The notes below the pieces were generated by a model, which saw nothing but the letters and a program-made list of their open reading frames with translations, was not told the origin of the DNA and searched no databases. This document shows, piece by piece, positions 1 through 11,400 of a DNA stretch of 49,105 nt (position 1 is the stretch's first letter; every line of letters begins with the position of its first letter). Made by a program: the position numbers and the translations under genes. This DNA comes from a virus (Duplodnaviria; Heunggongvirae; Uroviricota; Caudoviricetes): positions 72,153-121,257 of the IMG/VR virus record IMGVR_UViG_3300003323_000621, one strand, 5' to 3'.

Positions 1-2
1 CT

Positions 3-980
3 TTTTGGCAATCATGTAAATCTGGTAAATGGAATATATCAGCTTCTTTTAGAAAAAAGAAATTAGATGAAAATCTTGAATTACAAAAGAATATAATTCT
101 TGATGAATTGAAGAAATATTCTCCTGATGCAAGTATTATTAAAAAATATAAACCTTTACAACATATAATTAATGCTAATGTTTCTTCTAATATAAAAAAG
201 AATAATCTATTAGAAATATCAGTATTTGATTTACATATAGGTAAATTATCTTGGGATGAAGAAACAGGAGAAAATTATGATTCATATATTGCATGTGAAA
301 GATATAAAGCAGCTGTAAGAGATCTTGTAAGTAGAGTGTACAAAGGATCTATAAGTAAGATATTACTACCTATAGGAAATGATATGATTAATGTAGATAA
401 TAAGGCACATACTACAACTGCAGGTACTCCTCAGCATTGTGACTCAAGGTTTACTAAAATGATAAGAACAGCTAAGGATCTTTTAATAGAAGTTATAGAT
501 GAATTATCTTTAATAGCACCAGTAGATGTATTAGTAGTTCCAGGAAATCATGATAATGTAACAATGTTTACACTTGGTGAAATACTAGATGCTTTTTACA
601 GTAAAAATCCTTTAGTATCAATAATTAATGATCCTAAACAGAGAAAATACTATCAATTTGGAGTAAATGGAATTATGTTTACTCATGGTAATGAAGAAAA
701 GCATAATGATTTAGGATTAATATTTGCTACTGAACAACCTCAATTATGGGCAGATACTAAGTTTAGAGAAGCTCATTTAGGACATTTTCATAAAGTAAAA
801 TCTACTAAATATGTAAATATTAATGAAGAAACTGGATTTAAAGTAAGAGTTCTTCCTTCATTAAGTGGTACTGATGCATGGCATCATAGTAAAGGATATA
901 TTTCCAACAAATCAGCAGAAGCTTATTTATGGAATTATGATAGAGGATTAGAAGCTACATTTATACACAATTCAATATAA
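3..980 (+). CDS. Calcineurin-like metallophosphoesterase (5'-truncated; frame is open from the window edge)
   Basis: Motifs DLHIG, GNDMIN, GNHD, FTHG and GHFH form the full metallophosphoesterase set. The frame upstream of the called TTG at 108 stays open back to base 3 (FWQSCKSGKWNISASF...). Confidence 0.85.
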   Translation, partial: FWQSCKSGKWNISASFRKKKLDENLELQKNIILDELKKYSPDASIIKKYKPLQHIINANVSSNIKKNNLLEISVFDLHIGKLSWDEETGENYDSYIACERYKAAVRDLVSRVYKGSISKILLPIGNDMINVDNKAHTTTAGTPQHCDSRFTKMIRTAKDLLIEVIDELSLIAPVDVLVVPGNHDNVTMFTLGEILDAFYSKNPLVSIINDPKQRKYYQFGVNGIMFTHGNEEKHNDLGLIFATEQPQLWADTKFREAHLGHFHKVKSTKYVNINEETGFKVRVLPSLSGTDAWHHSKGYISNKSAEAYLWNYDRGLEATFIHNSI

Positions 981-1663
981 TGACAAATAGAGATATAGTA
1001 AGTAGAGTAAGATCTATGAATAAATTTGTATCAGCAGATAACCTTATCAATGATAGGGTTATTCTTGCTGAACTAAAATCTAAGTCTTCTTTACTAATAA
1101 AGAGAGAAACAAATCTTAGGAGATTATGGCAATCTCCTAATATGTTTACTCCATTTTTATGTATAGAAATGGAAGTAGTTCCATTAGCTGAATGTTGTGA
1201 TTATAAATCACCTTGTAATATAGCTAAATCAAAGAAAAAATTACCTAAGATAGCTGAAGGGATATTTGGATTATTAATTCAAGGAGTATTTAATATAGAT
1301 ACTTCAGAAGAATTTAAATTTACTACAGCAAGAAGATATGCTAACTTACTAAAGTTAAATCTTCCAGGAAGACAAGGATATTATTGGATACAAAATGATC
1401 ACTTATATGCAAGTGATGAAGATGTACAAATGGTATCTATGTTTGCTTATCCTGATGAAGATGTTAATGCTAAAGAATGGAATAAATGTAAAGACAATTC
1501 TGAAGACAATTGTCCTTTAAATCCATTAGATGCTGAATTTAGATGTCCTTCTTATTTAATAGATTCAGTTGTTACTATGACATATGATTCTTTAATGAAA
1601 ACATATTTCAGAATAATTGATGATAAAACTTCAAATAATAAAGATGAACAACTTGCAAGGTAA
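980..1663 (+). CDS. Putative tail tubular/ring protein (crAss-like neck ring family)
   Basis: 227 aa with Cys clusters (ECCDY, CPL, FRCP). It sits just upstream of the IHF-like, ring and muzzle genes, and the sequence style matches crAss-like ring proteins. Confidence 0.6.
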   Translation: MTNRDIVSRVRSMNKFVSADNLINDRVILAELKSKSSLLIKRETNLRRLWQSPNMFTPFLCIEMEVVPLAECCDYKSPCNIAKSKKKLPKIAEGIFGLLIQGVFNIDTSEEFKFTTARRYANLLKLNLPGRQGYYWIQNDHLYASDEDVQMVSMFAYPDEDVNAKEWNKCKDNSEDNCPLNPLDAEFRCPSYLIDSVVTMTYDSLMKTYFRIIDDKTSNNKDEQLAR

Positions 1664-2012
1664 CAATAAATTAACTAATGGTATATATATTACTAGTAAA
1701 ACTAAAGGTATAGAAAGAGCAGAATGGGTTTCTGATGGATTAGCAGAGTATATAAGATATAGACAATCTAAATTTGGATATATAGATAAATTTCTTTTTG
1801 AAGAAAAAGAAGGAATAATGTTTATATCTTTGAATCCTGATTATAAAAGTTATATTGATTCAGAAATAGAATTAGAAGTGGAAAATTCTATTCATGATAA
1901 TTATTATACTGGATTAAGACATTATAATATAGTAGATCCAGGATCTACTCATATGTATCCCCTAGTTACACAAAACAAAAACATAAATTCATATAAATTA
2001 TTTATGAAATAA
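1644..2012 (+). CDS. Hypothetical protein (start uncertain: 1617, 1644 or 1653)
   Basis: The ORF fills the gap between two conserved genes on the coding strand. The ATG at 1644 gives a smaller overlap with the upstream gene than 1617. Confidence 0.6.
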   Translation: MNNLQGNNKLTNGIYITSKTKGIERAEWVSDGLAEYIRYRQSKFGYIDKFLFEEKEGIMFISLNPDYKSYIDSEIELEVENSIHDNYYTGLRHYNIVDPGSTHMYPLVTQNKNINSYKLFMK

Positions 2013-2014
2013 TA

Positions 2015-2488
2015 ATGAGACCAAAAGTAGATTATAGAACTACATCCAAAGATAATTATGAAAAATTCTGTTTAGAGAATTCTAATATAGAAATATCATT
2101 TAAACAATGGAAAGATATATTAGAAAAGTTTTCTGAGAATATTATTGATTATATACTAGAGACAGGTGAAAAAATAAAGCTTCCTTATGGATTGGGTGAT
2201 CTTAGTATAAATAAAAAGAAGCCAAAAAGAACAAAATATTTTCAAGGTAAAGAGTATATAAATTTTGCAATAGATTGGAAGAAAACCAGAGAATTAGGTA
2301 AATATGTATATCACATGAATTATCATTCAGATGGTTTTACATATAGTTGGATATGGTTTAAAGCTAATTGTAGATTTTACCAAAGTGAATTATGGTGGTT
2401 TAGAGCATGTAGGAAAGCTAGTAGGAGTATTAAACCTCAAGTAACAAATAATTCTTATTATGCTCAATTATATAACCAGTGGAAATAA
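2015..2488 (+). CDS. HU/IHF-like DNA-binding protein (crAss-like IHF family)
   Basis: Basic protein with a helical N-half, then GEKIKLPYGLGDLSINKKKP, resembling the HU/IHF 'G..v.l.gfG.f.v' beta-arm. IHF-like genes are characteristic of the crAss tail module. Confidence 0.65.
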   Translation: MRPKVDYRTTSKDNYEKFCLENSNIEISFKQWKDILEKFSENIIDYILETGEKIKLPYGLGDLSINKKKPKRTKYFQGKEYINFAIDWKKTRELGKYVYHMNYHSDGFTYSWIWFKANCRFYQSELWWFRACRKASRSIKPQVTNNSYYAQLYNQWK

Positions 2489-2497
2489 ATAAATAAA

Positions 2498-3367
2498 ATG
2501 TCATATTATTACAAATATAAATTCATATCTCCAGAAGCTGTATATGCAAGGGTAAAAGAAGATCTTCAATCATACTTTGATACAGGTATAATTGATGATG
2601 TTCTTTTCCCTAAATATACAGAGTACTGCTTAAAAAAATTAGGAAGAGTTACTTATAAAGTAGTTGATATTCCATTGGAAATTCAAAACTTTCAAGCAAC
2701 ACTTCCTGAAGATTTTGTAGGAGTAAGAGAACTATTTGCTTGTGTAAATATAACCAGATGGCATCAAAATCCTTCAGCTACTTATACACAAATAACTTCT
2801 CAAGTAACTCCAGTATTAGATGCTTGTACTGATTGTGAGTTTGTGGATGAAGTAGTTACAATGAAAACTACTGGACAATGGAATTGGAGTTATCAAATAG
2901 GAGGTTTATTAAAACCAGCTAATATTGGAGCTATAGGTGAATGTAAAGATAATTGTGGTAATCTTTATTCTAATTCTCCAGACTCATATGATATTCATGG
3001 AAATAAGTTAGTTGTTAATTTTGAACATGGGGCTGTACATTTAGTTTATTACAAGAGGGAAGTTGATGAAAATGAGTATCAATTAATTCCTGATGTTGAA
3101 GAATTTATAGATTGGCTTGAACATTATATTAAGTTCAAATGTTTTGAAACTATATTTAATAAAGTTACTGATGAAAGTTTTAATCAAGTAAATGTTAAAT
3201 ATCAAATGTATAAACAGCTTCAAGCTGTAAAAAAAGTTATTGCTGAAACTGAATTTAAGAAACAAAATATATATGATGTAAGAAGAAGTATTCTTAAAAG
3301 CTACAATAGTTTTAATCATTATGATAGAATGCTTTGGGGAAGAAGATCTTATAAAAGAGGTTGGTAA
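2498..3367 (+). CDS. Putative tail tubular/ring protein (P22 gp4-like position)
   Basis: 289 aa immediately upstream of the stabilisation protein. It has a helical N-terminus, an LPEDFV motif and a helical C-terminus, typical of crAss-like ring proteins. Confidence 0.6.
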   Translation: MSYYYKYKFISPEAVYARVKEDLQSYFDTGIIDDVLFPKYTEYCLKKLGRVTYKVVDIPLEIQNFQATLPEDFVGVRELFACVNITRWHQNPSATYTQITSQVTPVLDACTDCEFVDEVVTMKTTGQWNWSYQIGGLLKPANIGAIGECKDNCGNLYSNSPDSYDIHGNKLVVNFEHGAVHLVYYKREVDENEYQLIPDVEEFIDWLEHYIKFKCFETIFNKVTDESFNQVNVKYQMYKQLQAVKKVIAETEFKKQNIYDVRRSILKSYNSFNHYDRMLWGRRSYKRGW

Positions 3368-3397
3368 TATTTTGTTTTATTTATAATATTAAATATA

Positions 3398-6300
3398 ATG
3401 GCTGAAGAAAGAAGCAATTTACAAGGAAATAATAGTAATACAGTTGTTTCTGCTATTTTTGGTTTGAATTTAGATAATGTTAATCTACAAATCAAAGATG
3501 GACAGCTTACTTATGCACTTAATGCTACTATAGAAGGATTTGATGGTAACATGGTTACTTATCAAAATGAAGAATCTAATATAAAGTGTACAGATTTTCC
3601 TGCTGGATTTAAAGTGATAGGACACTTAATTTTAAGTGAGCAAGATAAAATAGTATTCTTTATTTTTAATGAAGAAACTAAATCTTCTGAAATAGGATTT
3701 GTTGATATTAATACTTGTAAATATTCTAAACTAATTAATGCTGATTGTTTAAATTTTTCAATGCTTCATCCTATACAAGCAAAGTATAGGACTACAGATT
3801 GTACTACACAAATATTTTTTACAGATTTTTACAATCCAAGAAGGTATATTGATCTTAATGAGTTACCTTATAAAAAAGAAGGAGAAAATTGTGATGAACA
3901 AGTTACAAACATAATTGATTGTAATTTAATGCTTGTTCAAAGACAATTCAGTATACCTAATTTATTTGTTACTGAAGTAGTAGGAGAAGGATCTTTAGTA
4001 GAAGGTACTTATCAGTTTACTATTCAATATGCAGATGAATTAGGTAATGGGTTTAGTGATTACCATAGTGTAACTAATCCAGCTTCTATTTTTGCTGGAG
4101 TACAATCAAATAATTTTGATAATATTACATCCAAGGCTGTAAATATTCTTATTGATGGATTAGATAGGACATTTGAATATTATAATTTAGCTGTTATAAA
4201 AACAATTAATAATATTCCTAGTGTGGAGTTAATAGGTACATTTCCTATTAATTCTACCAGAGAAGAATATTTATATACAGGAGTAACTTCTACACAAGAA
4301 CCTCTATCTATAGATGAAATACTCTTAAAAAGAGCTATTTATCCTTATGCAAAGGAAATAGCTACTGTAGATAATGTATTGGTATATGGTAATTTAATTT
4401 CTGATAAAAGAATAAATTATCAAAGTATAGCTAATCAAATAGAACTTCAATGGGAAACATGGAAAGTTCCAGATAATATTTACTCTAAAGGAGAAAGTTC
4501 TGCTAATTTAAGAGGATATATGAGAGATGAAGTATATGCTTTTGAAATAGCATTCTTATTAAGAAGTGGTAAACAAACAGATGGTTTTCATATTCCAGGT
4601 AGAAAATCTAAGGCTTCTGATTTAGAAGTTGTAAACAATGATGATGTTATTTATGAAGAAGACAGTAAATGTGAAATAATTCAAAGAGTAGGTTTACCCA
4701 GATGGAAAGTATATAATACTGGATGTAGGATTGATTATTCTAAACAGTATAAAGACTTTATAAATAGAAATAGTCCTACAACTAATTTAGCTGTTGAATA
4801 TTCATATCACCCTGGACCTTTTCCTAATGATCCAGGTAATCCTCCTGAAGAACCAAACAATACTGATCCTTCTTGTTATACAGGTCCATATGAATATGGA
4901 TGTATGGGATATTATGAGTCTACTGAAGAGTATTCTTGTAATACAGAAATATGGGGAGATTTAGCTGGTGAAAAACAAAGATTTCATAAATTTCCTGATT
5001 GCCTTATATCTCCAATTCATGATGAAAATGGAAGCATATATCCTATAGGTATAAGGATAGATAGTACACAAATTAAAACATTAATTGATAATAGTAACTT
5101 AACTCAAGAAGAAAAAGATAACATAGTAGGATATAAAATTCTTAGAGGTAATAGAGCTAATAATAAATCAGTAGTTGCAAAAGGACTGTTATTTAATGTA
5201 GGAAAATATAATAAAGATACTTCTACTTATTTTTATCCAAATTATCCTTATAATGATTTAAGACCAGATCCTTTCCTAACTAATAAAGATATTAGTAGTG
5301 GTGTTGATTTAGGAGAAGAATTAAATTCTTCTTTTGAAGAAGTAGGTACTGAAGGTTCTAATTTAACTACATTTTATGATGCAGTTATACCAGCTTTTTC
5401 ATGGAAAAATAATAATGATACTATTGTGATACAGTACAATGGTACCTTTAATGGTGATCCTAAGCATTTTAAAAGTTTATATTTATTATTTAATAATATA
5501 GAAATATTTAATAGTAATATATTTTCTACTGATCCCAATGATTCATTTACTCTTATAACAGAATTAAAAAGAGTTGATAGTGCAGCAACTATTCTTATAA
5601 AAAATACTTTAAATATAATAGGTGCTAATCCTAAAACAATTAAGAAAACAATTACAATAAATTCTGTAGCTTTAAATACTCCTAATACAGTAACCTTAAA
5701 AGGTAAGGTTGTAAGAGGATCTTTACTTACTTCTCCTCCACCAGTAGAGGATGGTGAAATAACAGCTCAAGGTTATATAATGGGTTATAGAGCAGCTCCT
5801 AGTATAGCAGAAGATCCTGGGTTATTAAATGGTTTTATTTCTACAGATAGTAAAAAAAGATTTACTTTACATTCACCAGATACTTCATTTTATCAACCAT
5901 TTTTAGGAAATGTTCTTAAGATAGAATCTATAGAACAAGGTAAAAGTATCTCACATTTTGCACAGGTACAAAATCATGCAAGATATAAAATATATACAGA
6001 TAGCTTATTTTTAACTGCAATTGGTGCAGCTGCAGTAATTACTGGTTTATCAAGATGGGTATTAGTAGGTGTATCTAGTGGAGGTACATTAATTGATGGT
6101 AATGCTGCTATTAATACTTATCAAACATTAACATCTATATTCCAGAATCTTGTTCCATATATAAACTATGCTTATCAATTTAACTCTATAGGAAACTATA
6201 ATAAATCTATTAATGTTGATAATAATGGTTCTAAACAAAGATTAATTGATTTATCTTCTTATTTAATCCCAGGTATAGTTGGAGTAGGAGATACTAATTT

Positions 6301-8467
6301 GATTAATAACTATCAAAGAGAATCTTCTGTATATATAAGAACAAATAAATCACTTCCTTTTACACATGAACAAGGAGGGGTTTTAGATGAATCCAGATGG
6401 AATTTAGGATGTCAAGGATTAGGAACTACAAGAGAAACTAATATATCATCTTATTATGCTTCTATAAAAAGAAATATAGCTAATCAATATGGTAGGATGT
6501 ATTCTTATGAAACTATAGATACTGGATTTCAGTATCCTATTAGTTTTACTGGAGTATCCACAGTATTTGGTGGTGATATATTTATTAATAGATTTGGATT
6601 AAAAAGAAAATTACCATTCTTCACTTATAATGGAGTTGGATTAAATGATGGAGCAGATATAGAATATAACAATATATCTAATGTAGGAAATGCTAAGTAT
6701 TGGTATAGTTCTCAAACAAAAGCTGATGGTGGAAGTGGATTTTTATCCAGGTTAGCTGGTATATTATTTGGTACTAAAGTACATGAACTTGATTGTGATA
6801 GATCTTCTTTCTTTTATAGAACAGGTAAGATGTATTTATTTGCTTATGGGTTACCCTATTTTTATACAGAATCTGAAGTTAATGTAGATTTCAGACATGC
6901 AGCTGATTCTCAAATAAGAGACTTTTATCCAAAGAATAATCAATTAGTTATTCCTGATGATTGGTTTCAAGAGAAAAATGTCTCTATTATAAATGATAAT
7001 AGTTATATTTATAACAAAACATATTCTAAACAAAATAAAGAGAACTTATTTACTCATTTAAGAGAAGATTTTAAAGAAGATGAAAGCTGTTATGTTTATT
7101 ATCCTACTAGATTAATATACTCTGATAGAATAACAAATACTAAGAAATCTACTTGGTTATTCTCTAAACCAGCCAACTTCTATGATTTACCTAATATCTA
7201 TGGTAGATTAAGAGGATTAGATGGTCTTGAAAATAATCAGTTATTAGTAAGATTTGAGAATAAAACTCAGATGTATAATGCAATGGTATCTATAGATACT
7301 ACTAATGGTAAATCAGCTTATGTAGGAGGTAATGAATTATTTAGGAATATACCACTTGATTTCTTTGATACAGATGAAGGATATTCTGGATCTAATAATA
7401 GAATGTTACTTAAATCTGAGTTAGGACACCTTTTTGTAGATGAGAAAAGAGGTAATGTATATTTATTAAGTGCAAGTGGTCAAGTAGGATTACAAGATAT
7501 AACTAATGGTTTATCTAAGTGGTTTACACAGAATATGCCATTTGTAATTAATAAGTATTTCCCTAATATAGATATTGATAACTCTTATAATGGAATTGGA
7601 ATTACTGGTGTATGGGATAGTAAATATAATAGATTTATAATAACTAAACTTGATTATGAACCTATAGTAGATAATATAGTATATAATGAAGATACTGGTA
7701 AATTTACTTTAAATGGAAATGTAATAGAGTTATCTGATAGAAGATATTTTTGTAATAAGTCATTTACTTTATCTTATTGTCCAGATACAAAATCTTGGAT
7801 TTCATTTCATTCTTACATACCTAATTTCTATACTCCATATATAGGATCTTTCTTTTCTGGAGTAAATAGTAATATATCTAATATATGGCAACATAATATA
7901 TCTCCTACTAATTATCAAAGATTCTATGGTAAATTGGAACCTTATATATTAGAATATCCAATTAAGTTTGGTTTAGATGATGAAATATTATCTTCTGTAA
8001 AGGATTATGTTACTATATTAGAATACAAAAATGATCAAGATTTCTATGAAGTAAATTATGGAGTATATTTTAATAAAGCAATTATATATAATAATCAACA
8101 GTGCTCAGGAACATTAAATCTTATTCCTAAACCTTTAAATTCTTTAAAAGCTTATTCTACTTATCCAAAGTTAAATACTAATTCTAAGGATATATTAGTT
8201 ACTAAATCTGATAATTTATTTAACTATAATACATTCTGGGATTTAAAGAATGATAATGTAAATGATACTTTCTTTAAGAAGTCTTGTGTAAACAGAACTA
8301 TAGATAAAGAGCTTGATAATTCTGTATTAGACTATTCAAGAATGTCTCATAAAAAAGGTAGAATAAGAGCAAAGAATTTAAGGATAAGACATATACAAGA
8401 TGCTACTGATAAATATAAGTTTGTATCTAAGTATCTTACTATTAGTACTCAAAAATCTATAAAATAA
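3398..8467 (+). CDS. Tail stabilisation / muzzle protein (P22 gp10-like, crAss-like)
   Basis: 1689 aa with beta-propeller-like repeats (IFFTDFYNPRRYIDL; GVWDSKYNRFIITK; WISFHSYIPNFY) and LRGYMRDEVYAFEI. It lies between a ring gene and the cargo genes. Confidence 0.75.
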   Translation: MAEERSNLQGNNSNTVVSAIFGLNLDNVNLQIKDGQLTYALNATIEGFDGNMVTYQNEESNIKCTDFPAGFKVIGHLILSEQDKIVFFIFNEETKSSEIGFVDINTCKYSKLINADCLNFSMLHPIQAKYRTTDCTTQIFFTDFYNPRRYIDLNELPYKKEGENCDEQVTNIIDCNLMLVQRQFSIPNLFVTEVVGEGSLVEGTYQFTIQYADELGNGFSDYHSVTNPASIFAGVQSNNFDNITSKAVNILIDGLDRTFEYYNLAVIKTINNIPSVELIGTFPINSTREEYLYTGVTSTQEPLSIDEILLKRAIYPYAKEIATVDNVLVYGNLISDKRINYQSIANQIELQWETWKVPDNIYSKGESSANLRGYMRDEVYAFEIAFLLRSGKQTDGFHIPGRKSKASDLEVVNNDDVIYEEDSKCEIIQRVGLPRWKVYNTGCRIDYSKQYKDFINRNSPTTNLAVEYSYHPGPFPNDPGNPPEEPNNTDPSCYTGPYEYGCMGYYESTEEYSCNTEIWGDLAGEKQRFHKFPDCLISPIHDENGSIYPIGIRIDSTQIKTLIDNSNLTQEEKDNIVGYKILRGNRANNKSVVAKGLLFNVGKYNKDTSTYFYPNYPYNDLRPDPFLTNKDISSGVDLGEELNSSFEEVGTEGSNLTTFYDAVIPAFSWKNNNDTIVIQYNGTFNGDPKHFKSLYLLFNNIEIFNSNIFSTDPNDSFTLITELKRVDSAATILIKNTLNIIGANPKTIKKTITINSVALNTPNTVTLKGKVVRGSLLTSPPPVEDGEITAQGYIMGYRAAPSIAEDPGLLNGFISTDSKKRFTLHSPDTSFYQPFLGNVLKIESIEQGKSISHFAQVQNHARYKIYTDSLFLTAIGAAAVITGLSRWVLVGVSSGGTLIDGNAAINTYQTLTSIFQNLVPYINYAYQFNSIGNYNKSINVDNNGSKQRLIDLSSYLIPGIVGVGDTNLINNYQRESSVYIRTNKSLPFTHEQGGVLDESRWNLGCQGLGTTRETNISSYYASIKRNIANQYGRMYSYETIDTGFQYPISFTGVSTVFGGDIFINRFGLKRKLPFFTYNGVGLNDGADIEYNNISNVGNAKYWYSSQTKADGGSGFLSRLAGILFGTKVHELDCDRSSFFYRTGKMYLFAYGLPYFYTESEVNVDFRHAADSQIRDFYPKNNQLVIPDDWFQEKNVSIINDNSYIYNKTYSKQNKENLFTHLREDFKEDESCYVYYPTRLIYSDRITNTKKSTWLFSKPANFYDLPNIYGRLRGLDGLENNQLLVRFENKTQMYNAMVSIDTTNGKSAYVGGNELFRNIPLDFFDTDEGYSGSNNRMLLKSELGHLFVDEKRGNVYLLSASGQVGLQDITNGLSKWFTQNMPFVINKYFPNIDIDNSYNGIGITGVWDSKYNRFIITKLDYEPIVDNIVYNEDTGKFTLNGNVIELSDRRYFCNKSFTLSYCPDTKSWISFHSYIPNFYTPYIGSFFSGVNSNISNIWQHNISPTNYQRFYGKLEPYILEYPIKFGLDDEILSSVKDYVTILEYKNDQDFYEVNYGVYFNKAIIYNNQQCSGTLNLIPKPLNSLKAYSTYPKLNTNSKDILVTKSDNLFNYNTFWDLKNDNVNDTFFKKSCVNRTIDKELDNSVLDYSRMSHKKGRIRAKNLRIRHIQDATDKYKFVSKYLTISTQKSIK

Positions 8468-11400
8468 TGCCTGGAGATAAAAAGAAGAAAAATTATAATT
8501 CTAGAGATCCTAGAACAATGGCAGAGATACAGAAAGAAAATATAAATTCTATTCCAAATTCTCAATGGAAAAATGCTATTCCTGTATATTTACCTAATGA
8601 TGTAGTAGTTAAAAAAGGAAAAGCAGTAAAGGTTCCTGCACCAAAACCAAATGAATATTCTCCTGGTAGTTCAGAAACCTTGGATAATTTATCTTCAAAT
8701 GTATTTTCATATTTTCTAGGAGTTAAAAATGATGGATTAATTCCTTCTCCTTATAGGCCAACTAATGCTAAGGATCCAAAAAGTAAATACTATACTTATA
8801 AAAACATAAAAAATGACATAAAAGAAGATTTAATAGGAGATTCTTATAATGAAAGAATAGCTAATGCTGAGAAAGTATATGCTTCTGGAAATCCAAACTA
8901 TAATCCAATTGTTATATCCAAGAATAGATCTTTTGATGATTACTATAATTATTTAAGTAATAGTAAAAGAAAGGTTAAAATGTCAGGAAATAGTATTAAT
9001 TTAGGACATTATAATCTTTCAGCAGGAGAAGATGAAAGAGGAAGGTACATAAGTGCATATGATAAATATGATTGGAACTTATTAGAAGGTGCTGGATTTA
9101 ATGGTAATAGTTGGGAAACATATGATAGAATATATGATGATGAATGGGATAAAATTCAAAAACCTACTAAAAAAGAAGATGGAGGAGCTGTAGGAGATCC
9201 TATTAAAAAATCTAAAGGAAATACTTCTACAAGTGTTCCTATAACCCTTTATGGTCCTACTGATACTGTTAAGAAAGGAAATAAAACAGTAAAAGTAAAA
9301 AGACCCAGTATTATTGGATCTCTTCCTGTTCAACCTTCTATAAATAATCCTATAGAATTTTTAAATTCATATTATAATAGTGATGAATTTAAAAGAAAAT
9401 CTGGATCATTTTATGATGCTAATATGTCCTATTATAAAGCAGGAGATAGAAGCTATGATGTAGAATATGTAGATAGTAGTAATGAAGGAAGCAATGCTGT
9501 ACCTGCTACAAAACTTGTTACATCAGATATGTTTGGAAAAGGTAGGGGTAAAGATCCTAGTATTATATTAGATAGAAGTCAGGCAAAAAGAAGAGGAATG
9601 AATCTTGAGAATGATATTCTTCCACATGAATATTCTCATACTACCAGAGAATTAAGTGCTGATGATGAAGCAAAGTTTATAGAAAAAAATAGAGATTTTT
9701 TAGTTAAAGATTTTTATAGAAGATATTTAGAAGATATAAATACAACACCTACTGAACATAATTTTTCAAGATGGTCTCAGTCTGTTCTTAATCATGAACA
9801 ACTTCCTAGTGAGAACTATTCTGATATGAATACTCTTAGATGGATTCTGTATAAGAACAATATATATGATGCCAGAAAGGGACCTTTGACTAAGGAACAA
9901 TTACAGAAAGCTATTGAAGATCCTAATATAAAAGATAATTTCATGTTTAAAAGATTATTAAAATCTTTTTCAATTGATGATATTGTAGAACTTAATAATA
10001 CAATAGCTTATAACAATCAAAAAAATAATACACCAATGGCAAGAAATGGATTATCTATGAAAAGAAAAAATTATATGAGTTTTGACCCTGGTGGTAATCC
10101 TAGTCCACAGGAAAAGTATTATCAATCAAGTGCTAGATTAAGTCATTATAAAAATATTCTTAATGATAAATTAAAAGCTAAAAATCCAGAAGCTTTTAGT
10201 AATTACTTTAAAGGACTTGTAGATCTTAGAAGATCAGGTAAAACTAATGAAGCTGATAAGTATGTTCAATCTACAGCATATAATGAATATTTAACTCCTC
10301 AAGAAGTTAAATCTACATTAGGAGATAATGATTATAATGATTATTTATCTAGTATTAGAGAAGTAAATGCTTATGATGTAGCTCAAGGTAAACAACCATT
10401 ATATGGTAATGTAGAAGGAGAAACAAATCTTAATGCATTAAATTATGGTAGAAGGTTTGCTTCTTTACAAATAACTCCTAGTTTATCTGTTTTTAATAAA
10501 GCTTCAGGTAAAAACTATAAGAGGAATTATACATATAATCCTGTAACAAGACAAGTAGATGTTAAAGAAGAAGGAGATGTATCATTAAGACCCAACTATG
10601 TTTCTTCAATAACCCCTACTAATGAAGTAGTAAATAACATGGATGATGGTGGTGTACTTGCATTTAAAGTACCACAAATTCCTATACACACAGAAATGAT
10701 GGAAGGTCCTTTAGATGGACTTGAAAAAGATGGTATTGATTATTATGCTAAATCAGGTATACATATTAAACCTGAAAATAGAGGTAAGTTTAATGCTCTT
10801 AAAAAAAGAACTGGTAAAACTACAGAAGAACTTACTCATTCTAAAAATCCTTTAACTAGAAAAAGAGCTATATTTGCTCAGAATGCTAAAAAGTGGAATA
10901 AGGGTAAGAAAAAAGATGATGGTGGTATTATAGAAGATACATATTTAAATCCTCTTAATTATGATCCTACATTAGATTATTATGAAGAGTATGCAAATAA
11001 TCCTAATCTAATGTTAGATGAAGAAGCTGAATTTGGTACTTCATTACCTGATCCTACAAAACCTAAAATAGATGGAAGTATAACTAATCCTAATAATGTA
11101 GGAGGTTATTTATGGGATCCAATGTCACAAGCAGTTCCTACTCCTTTTGAACAAAATAATTCTGGAGTTATAGATACCAGAACTAATCAACAATTCTTTA
11201 CTGTAGATCCTAATCAACAAGGACCTCAGTTTAATGGAGATTTAAATCAAGATAGTAATCAGCAAAATAATCCTTTATTTAGAATAGGAGAAGAAGATAT
11301 ACAAAATGGATTATTAGGATTAGCTTATGCTACAGGAAATCTTAATAGACCAAGGTCTAATAGAATGCCTTTATTAACATCTTATAATCCTTATGCTCAA

